A DNA stretch of 64,000 bases from Gonapodya sp. JEL0774. Taxonomy: Eukaryota. The stretch lies in contig JADIIX010000050.1 in the NCBI GenBank assembly GCA_027604505.1, positions 1 to 64,000 of the forward strand. The letters are read 5' to 3'. The notes below the pieces were generated by a model. The model was not told the DNA's origin. It did no database searches and was given only the letters and a program-made list of their open reading frames with translations. Positions 56,808 to 64,000 of the stretch are shown here, piece after piece. The translations under genes were made by a program, and so were the position numbers. The number at the start of each line of letters is the position of its first letter. Position 1 is the first letter of the stretch.

Positions 56808-56965
56808 AATTGTGACCACAATTAGCCATGTACATGTATATATATGTATTCCAAAGTGGTTCTGTTTGGACTTTGCGCACAGAAAGTCTGACGTGCCCCG
56901 CCGGAGGACTTGCCATGTCACTGTGGTGATCTTTGCTGTGGCCGTCCACATCCCATCCCGCGAAC

Positions 56966-58063
56966 ATGTCCACCAACCGAGACAACACCCGTCGCTCCAT
57001 CAACTGGGTGGACATCGCATTTTCTGATCCTTGCTCGGATCCGCCGCGCGCTCTAGTCGCTGCCCGCAGTTTCTGCTGGGATGAATCGCCAAAGGACATT
57101 CGCGACACTCCAGATGAATTGGAGCATCATGTCGACCAAGACGATAAATCATTCGGCTCTACAGCCGGCGGAAATGATGCATCTTTGTGTGTTTCTGATG
57201 CTTCTGTCCCCGCTCCACGAGTGTTCAACGAGAAGATCGCACCGCGCCCAGAGGCCCTGGACGTGCCCGCATCAGCTCCCAGATGGATCAAGGAGCAGAG
57301 CGCAGGTTATCCGCGACAGGCCATCAGGCGTACAGATCGCATGGTTTTGACCTTTGCCGATCCGAGAGAAGAGGTTAGCCGAACGGCAGCGGAGATTGTG
57401 GCTGGTGCGGAAGGTTTGGTAGATGCCATGATTAAGGTGTTACAAAGGATACAGAGTGGGGCGGGTACGGGCTGGCTGGACTGGGATGTGGGTGAGCTGG
57501 TGAAGAAAGTGGGGGAGATGTGGCAACGGGATGCCAGGCAGCGTACTGCTGGTGCCGTTGACCGCGTTGATGAGACCACTGAGGCTTTACTTATGGACCT
57601 TGCTCTGGCACGGCAGTTATCACTCCCTCCAGATGTTGCTCACAACTCTTCACCCTCTCTCACCGCCTTGTGTGACGTGGGTGTCATTGACGCTGGTGCT
57701 GTGCTGACCCGGTTATCGGACATTTCCAAACCTCACCCCGACGGGACCGCAGCCGTATCACTAAAAGGACCTCGCGGACCCAAAAGAGTGGAGGCCGAGG
57801 ACTTTGGAAGTGTGATACTGTTTTGGGTCCGGGCGGCGTTGCGACAGAGGGGAGTTCCGGCAGTGGCTCGTGATGATGCTTTGCAACAAACAGTCACCAA
57901 TTTGTTCGAACTCATCTACGACAGGGAGGCCGGGGAGGAGGCGAAGTTCGCGGCCGGAAGACAGCGCAAATCGAGGCAACCTTTGCGGTGTTACTTGGAA
58001 ACGATGGGTTTTGTGGAATTGCGAGCTGCGAAAGTGGACATTGATGGATGGGGACAACGATGA
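56966..58063 (+). CDS. Intronless hypothetical protein (365 aa)
   Basis: Uninterrupted ORF with normal amino-acid complexity that fills the space between VMA22 and COX14. No motif recognised. Confidence 0.65.
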   Translation: MSTNRDNTRRSINWVDIAFSDPCSDPPRALVAARSFCWDESPKDIRDTPDELEHHVDQDDKSFGSTAGGNDASLCVSDASVPAPRVFNEKIAPRPEALDVPASAPRWIKEQSAGYPRQAIRRTDRMVLTFADPREEVSRTAAEIVAGAEGLVDAMIKVLQRIQSGAGTGWLDWDVGELVKKVGEMWQRDARQRTAGAVDRVDETTEALLMDLALARQLSLPPDVAHNSSPSLTALCDVGVIDAGAVLTRLSDISKPHPDGTAAVSLKGPRGPKRVEAEDFGSVILFWVRAALRQRGVPAVARDDALQQTVTNLFELIYDREAGEEAKFAAGRQRKSRQPLRCYLETMGFVELRAAKVDIDGWGQR

Positions 58064-58198
58064 GGGCGTAGACGCATGGAACAATATTATCATATTGACT
58101 CAATGTACGAAGAAAAATGTCCACGTTTTCACTGTCCACGAATTGGAATCGCCCCACTAAAATGTCAGATGCAATTCCACTGTTCCCCTAGAGTGATC

Positions 58199-58541
58199 TC
58201 AACTGCTCCCGCTCGACGTGGAAGTCCCAGTTTGTGTTTGAGCAGCTTCGGCGGCGGCCTTTCAAAGATTCATGTGTTTCAGCCCATCCACAGCCGCCGT
58301 TCATGTTCGTGGAGGGTCCCGATGGGATGTAGGAGCGACGGGTGGTTCAAGAAAGCCCATCAAGACCGCCCAGCATCAGCAAACCTACCTTATCCAGCAC
58401 CTCCTGCTGATATTTCTTCCGTGCCTGCACCTTCTGGTACGATATAACGCTAATTTCCGTCACGGCGTACAGAGTGACAGCCGCGAGCGATCCGACAGCG
58501 ACTTTGTGGACAGCGTCGGCGGCTCGGGTTGCGAACGACAT
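58199..58541 (-). CDS. COX14: Cytochrome c oxidase assembly factor Cox14-like
   Basis: MSFATRAADAVHKVAVGSLAAVTLY...KKYQQ resembles yeast Cox14 (TRVTDTIHRLTVLTLVGGTLY...KKYEQQ). A GTAGGT intron leads to the short exon AAAEAAQTQ...*. Confidence 0.75.
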
Positions 58542-58736
58542 GAGGAGTGGATGATGCTGGGGATAAGTGAGATGAGAATATGGAAAAAACTGTGTCGAGT
58601 GATTGCAGCTTTTTGGATTTGGTTTTCCACCCGCTGACTCAGTCCTGTATGAAGTGCTGTGGTCCCCGTCCGTTCACCCCCATCGACGAGTTTCAGTCAA
58701 AGGAGAAAACCCCTAAACCCGCACGTTCGCCCACCA

Positions 58737-59655
58737 ATGAAACCTAAACGCGCAAAAGTGTACAAGCGGCATATGATGCTGTACAAGCAGTCGTTCGGAT
58801 TCAGGGAGCCGTACCAGGTCATTCGTGCGTTCTGTGGTGGTGGGTGATGGAGGAGCTCTCCGGTCGGACTAAACCATAGTTTCTTTCCCAGTCGATGGAA
58901 CATTCGCTTCTGTTGCGCATCGATGCACGATCGATCTCGACGCCATCCTGCCCCAGATTCTGGGCGGACCCGTGAAACTCAGTGAGGCATCTCTAGCGAG
59001 TTTGAACTTGAGCTCCGATTCCCATCTAAACCCCGGATTTTCTCATTCCCCGCGCAAGTGTACACACCTTGCACACTCAACGAAATCCGTCTGTTGGGCC
59101 CGCAAATGGCCCCCGTGGCCTCTTTTCTCCGCTCCCTCGAGCGACGACACTGCCCTCACGCCGCTCAACCCCTCCAGGCCGCCGCGTGTATAGAGGAGGT
59201 GATTGGGCCCGAGAACAAGCATCGGTATTGTGTGGGGACGCAGGATGGGGAGCTGAAGAGGAAGTTGGGTGCCATAGGAGCCACCCCGCTGGTATATATA
59301 TACAAGAGCGCGGTGCTGCTCGACGGGCCCAGCGCGAAGACTTTTGACTTGGCTAGACAGGTGAGTTTGCTTTGGGCTGGCTCTACGCAATGGCGACTCT
59401 GGAATCTTTACATTTGACATCGGGGGGGCTCAGATCGAAGCTGCGAAAGGCTTGCCATCATCCCACGAGAACCCGCTTCTAGTGAAGAAAGTATCCAAGG
59501 CCGAGAAAAAGAAGGAAAAAAAGGCACTGAAGCGCAAACGCCCCAAAGGCCCCAACCCACTCTCCGTCAAAAAGAAGGCGAAGAAGCGAAAGATTGATGG
59601 AAATGAGGCGAATGGAGGGTCTGCGTCCGGCAGTGGTGCTGCGGCGACAAGTTGA
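58737..59655 (+). CDS. UTP23: rRNA-processing protein Utp23 (PIN + Zn motif, Lys-rich tail)
   Basis: MKPKRAKVYK...FGFREPYQVILDGTF, TPCTLNEI, RRHCPH...AAAC, NKHRYCVGTQD and KRPKGPNPLSVKKK. Confidence 0.95.
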
Positions 59656-60006
59656 AAGTTGATCTCAATTCTGAACTCATTCGAATGTCCATAACGAAAA
59701 TCAGATAATGTACCATAACAGATACTAAAACATGTAATTTTCACAATTCGCACGTAACTACTCAAATACGGGTGTGCAGAACTTCTGATGGCAAAGAAAT
59801 TTGATTGAGATGACGAGTTTGGCGACAAAGTGACAAGTGGGTTGTCGGCTCGATGTGAATTGCAATGTCAGGTTTCAGGTGGTTGCTGCGAGTAGAGGGG
59901 TGGTTACTCTTTCTACCTCTATGTTGGGAATACTTGTGAAAGTTCGGTTAGTGTCGGTCTTGGCCTGGAGTTGGACTACCAGGGTCTAATCACACAACCG
60001 CAACCG

Positions 60007-63000
60007 TCAATTCTCCGTTCTTGATTTCATTTTCACCAAAGAAAATCCATCGTTTACACAATGGTCACCTACCTTGAGAACCTTCAATGCGCCCTTTGAC
60101 ACTGTCCGAATCAATCCCACATCTTCATAATCATGTGCTACCGAACCTTCCCTCGGGAGCACGACCTTGCCAGCTGCCACAGCTCTTGCCGTCTCCGTCC
60201 TTGCGACAACCCCTTTGCAACGATCTACCAGTCGAGATAAGTTGAACATCGGGTCAAAATAAAATGCGCGAACTTCTTCGGCGAACGGCTCGGGTTGGTG
60301 GCTGAGTATATGTAAGACACTACGAGCAGAAAGGAGGAATGCACGCTCGGTGTAAATTGTGGCGTTGCGGACGTCTTCACGGTTTCCGACGTAGCGCTCG
60401 TAGCCAGCTGGAGACGACGAAAGTGTTGCTACAGTATCTCATTCTCTGGTAATATGTACGTTTAGTCACCTTCATTGTAGTACGGGTTCTCGACCCCCAA
60501 AACCAGGCCTTGAACAGAGGTCAGTAGCTGAAGGAGGGAGCTACCGACAGTCCAGGTTTCAGAGCTCTCCTTGCCGTGCCATGTGCCTAACAGGGACAGA
60601 CAAACTTTTCCATCTTCGTACAGATTAGGATTGAGTTTGCCCAGGTTTCCCGTGAAACTGTGGTAGTGCTTTCGAGTCCGAAAACGAGTTCAGTACTCAG
60701 GTCCGGGTTCGCACCAGTACGTTCAATTTCACTCACAAGAAGAGGAGGCTCCAGAGGGAAAGTCGAAGGAAGGAAAATATCGAAAAGAAAAATGGCATAC
60801 TCGTACGGAGTGTGTGGTGGGCCGACGATCAAGGCGCGCAAAATGTCCAGTCTATCCGCAGTTGTTGTAAGATCTTTCGGCCCACGTCCACGCCTTGTGT
60901 ATCACCCACCTCGATTCGAACCCCCTAACAAGTACTCCTTCAGGTAGTCCCGACGCCAGCATTTGGTGCTCGGCTCTGACTCGTCGCAAGTACGATGATT
61001 CGCTGCTATTAATTGCGGAGTTGAGAAAACGGTGGTCGGGTGGAGGGTCTCCATCCAACATTGCGAATCGATCAAACAGTTTGCCCAGAGCAAAATGCTT
61101 CGATCTGTCAGATAGACAGCCACGTTCCGCAGGATCGGTCAGGCTCGCCAACTGTCCGTGCGCGAAATCCTGATGTCGAATGCGGTTGCTCCCACTCAAG
61201 CCATTGCTCCCTTCACCACCATATTCGCTGGTCGACTCGCTGGCTGTGGTACAGTCTTCGTCTTCGTCATCTTCACTCGTCGAAATGACATCTTCCTCCA
61301 TTTTTGCGCGCAATGCATCACCCTCTCGTGGCTCCTCGTGAGGTATGAGTGGCACATTGTCCGGTTGGTCATCATCCACCCATTGTTCACTGTCTGGCAG
61401 TGCATCTTCATCACTAGTAGACAACCTCTGCGATCCAGTTGTGCTGTTTGCGTCTGACTCTGTTTCTGCCACATCAGATTCCTCCTCTTCCTCCTCATCA
61501 CTCACATCCTCACTATCCACGAGAATTTCATCCAAATCGTCCAGTACAAGAAGCTCCGTCGGTAGAAACTCTTGCTCTTTGCCCGATAGCGGGAAGCGAA
61601 CAAGAATCATACCGGAAATAGTTATATCGCCCACCTCACCAACCCAATTGGTGAGATCCACTTCCTTCTCCAAAAGAGTTGATTTTCCCGAATCACTGCG
61701 GCTTCGACTGGTTACCACGACACGTTGGCCCAATCGAAAGTTCCAATGGGGATGGCAGCCAACCTCGTAAACACTAAGTTCATCCGTGACAGTAAGAGAA
61801 AAGTTCTCAGAGAACCAAGACACTTCGCATGTCCTCTCCGCTGAAGAAACTGTTCGAACAATGCCAATGCGTGAGTTCGTGCTAACAGACGAGAACGACG
61901 CTTGGGAGGTGGAACCAGGAGCAGAAACTTTCCCGATAACGAAGTCAAGTGGCCAAAACTCCTGCTCGTCCAAGTTTGTGCAAGGAATGAGTTCCGTTGC
62001 TGGGAGACCAACGTCGCGAGTACCGTCCTGCCAAAGAATATCGACAAAAGTCTTCGTTCGAAGTATTCGAAAAGTGTTGGCAATCTTTGTGACGTCTGTG
62101 GAAGCGGACAGTGTAGAAGACAAAGAAGGTACCGCATTTTGTAGTGAAACCCGATTTCGGAAGATCACTCGATCTCCAATCTGCGAAAATGCACAAACCA
62201 AGGTAATCAGAACTAGCAATGTGAAGAGGTAACACAGCTATCGCCCACTTGAAAGGTAGCATTTTCGAGAGAGCTTTTCAGGACTTTTATTCTGTCCATG
62301 TCGTGAACAATGGTCGGAGGCCTTTCTGTGGTCCTTCCTCCAACCACTGTGTCCGTTCCGTACCACGCTCCACCTTCTTGCGAGTTCATAGCCACGGGAT
62401 TGCTTATCCTAAGGGGATTGTGGACACACCACGATACTCTCAGTGCATAAGAGGTTGTATCCAGAACAACTCCAATCTTCTGCCACATCTTCCTTGTTTT
62501 CACCATGTATGTATGCGACCCTCTCACCCAGCGAGCACGCCTGAGTGTTCCTCGCGTACACTGCACCGCAGCTCCTGGATACAACCGATTGGTGGCAAAC
62601 GGTGACTCGGAGTGATTGCGGTCCAGGCATGTGAGGGTTGGCGGTTCTCGTAGAATGCAAACGGAAGAGTCCGGAAACAGCAAAGTCACTTCTGACATGA
62701 CACCCTGAACAATTCCGAGCCAGTCCCCGTCGTACACAATGTGGTCACCAACCAAGATATCATTCGCGTATGCTAATTGACGGGTGTCCACACCCCTTAT
62801 CTCGTTCGAGAGGTGATTTCCAAGATCCGCAAGGATCTTCACCGCATATATTGTACCGGACTGATCTTTTGAGTCTTTGGGATCACTTCCAAGAGGGAAC
62901 TTTGCGATATCACCAGGAAAGAAACATCTATCAACAAGCTGGAGGCGAGACGCAACCAAGGTCTTGTAAGGAACACGATCATCTGTGAGAAATGCAACGC

Positions 63001-63231
63001 GATAACAGTTGGGAGGTATCGGTCGCTTTGGTGCACGACAACTGTGAGGTAGGTCATGGACGCCAGAGGTTGACAGGGATAACTTCAACTAACCTTAGGT
63101 TTCCGTCCCCACGCATCCTCTTCCTCATCGTCGTCTGTTTCGGTGCCCGAATCGTCCTCATAAGATTTTAAAACAAGACCTGGACCTTGTTGCGGATTTG
63201 CAGTGTCGATCACCACATCGTCAATCACCAT
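60007..63231 (-). CDS. E2/E3 hybrid ubiquitin-conjugating enzyme UBE2O-like
   Basis: SH3-like CR repeats ([46 protein letters not shown]) and an acidic insert. UBC domain: [21 protein letters not shown]...[19 protein letters not shown]...[15 protein letters not shown]...PYYNEAGYE. Confidence 0.92.
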
Positions 63232-63480
63232 ATTGTTTGCCACTTTGGCTCGATAGGAACTTCGATTTTATGAAAAACTCCTTCGAATTGGTCTGGCTGT
63301 CGGTTTTGTGATTTGAAACTGAAATTTTTCACATGCTCGATCACAGTTGCGCTGCCTCATCATGCCTCCGATGACGCATTACAGCATGAGAACTGTCAAT
63401 GCAAGCAACTTTACTTTACCGTGTGTGTCTATATACATTGCAAACTTGTTAACAACAATAATAAATGCAGGATCAAAATT

Positions 63481-64000
63481 TTATCCACGAACAAACACAG
63501 AAGGTATCCCGTACACCACAGGTGCAGCGCCGTTCAGAAACCTTAGGGTGCATTTGTCTCTTGAAACAGCAACACATTGTGCGAGTGATTTCGGCTCCCT
63601 CGCCGAAATGGAGTCGCTCGACTCCGTGCCAGTCCCCAGTAAACCCCACTCTTGCAGAACGTCGGTAGAGAATCGATCAATGTCCTTGTCCGTTACGTCC
63701 CAGAGGTTGGCGACCAATGCCGGGCTGCGATAGAGGGAATGGTTTACATTGCAACACACAGGAACGAGACAAACCCGAAAACTCCTCACCATCCCGCCAT
63801 CAGAAAGTTCACAGCCGTACCTGTGGGATCAAAGTCCCCTGCGTTCAAGAGCAATCCACTACTGCAGCCCATCAAGAACGTCACGGCGCTTCTTTCCAAA
63901 TTGCGAACGTGATGACCACGGATGTACTGCTCTCCGCCGTTGTGGCCGAAATAACTAGGAGGGCGATTGCACGGTTGGGTTCTTGAAAAGAAGCCTCAGC
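63481..64000 (-). CDS. ESP1: Separase (peptidase C50), C-terminal catalytic exons; gene continues beyond window
   Basis: YFGHNGGEQY, FLMGCSSG, SPALVANLWDVTDKDIDRF and CTLRFLNGAAPVVYGIP. Confidence 0.93.

Overview
This is gene-dense, intron-rich eukaryotic DNA from a fungus. It is most likely an early-diverging zoosporic lineage (Monoblepharidomycete/chytrid-like), inferred from gene content such as an ankyrin-TKL kinase, UBE2O, ASCC2 and a mitochondrial ACAT1-like thiolase. About 27 protein-coding genes can be assembled across short GT-AG introns: TPR protein, CLP1, ankyrin-kinase, complex I NUUM-like, PHO8, REC114-like, thiolase, NCB2, ARG4, ALG6, CLASP/STU1, an AFG2/CDC48-family AAA, TAF13, ASCC2/CUE3, CSL4, ATP20, ALG2, DAHP synthase, SEC2, VMA22, COX14, UTP23, UBE2O, separase C-terminus, plus several orphans. 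The first ~20 kb is rich in poly-G/poly-C tracts and has four N gaps, so exon calls there are less secure. The most notable signals are: (1) a box C/D snoRNA candidate with an antisense element to 18S rRNA in a DAHP synthase intron; (2) a divergent REC114-like meiotic gene visible only after splicing; (3) a triple-spliced leader upstream of CLP1 encoding an 83-aa ORF that overlaps the CLP1 start; (4) fold-back stems in many long introns; (5) very tight gene packing. No transposon, CRISPR, tRNA, rRNA gene or selenoprotein was recognised. All calls are by eye, with no database searches.
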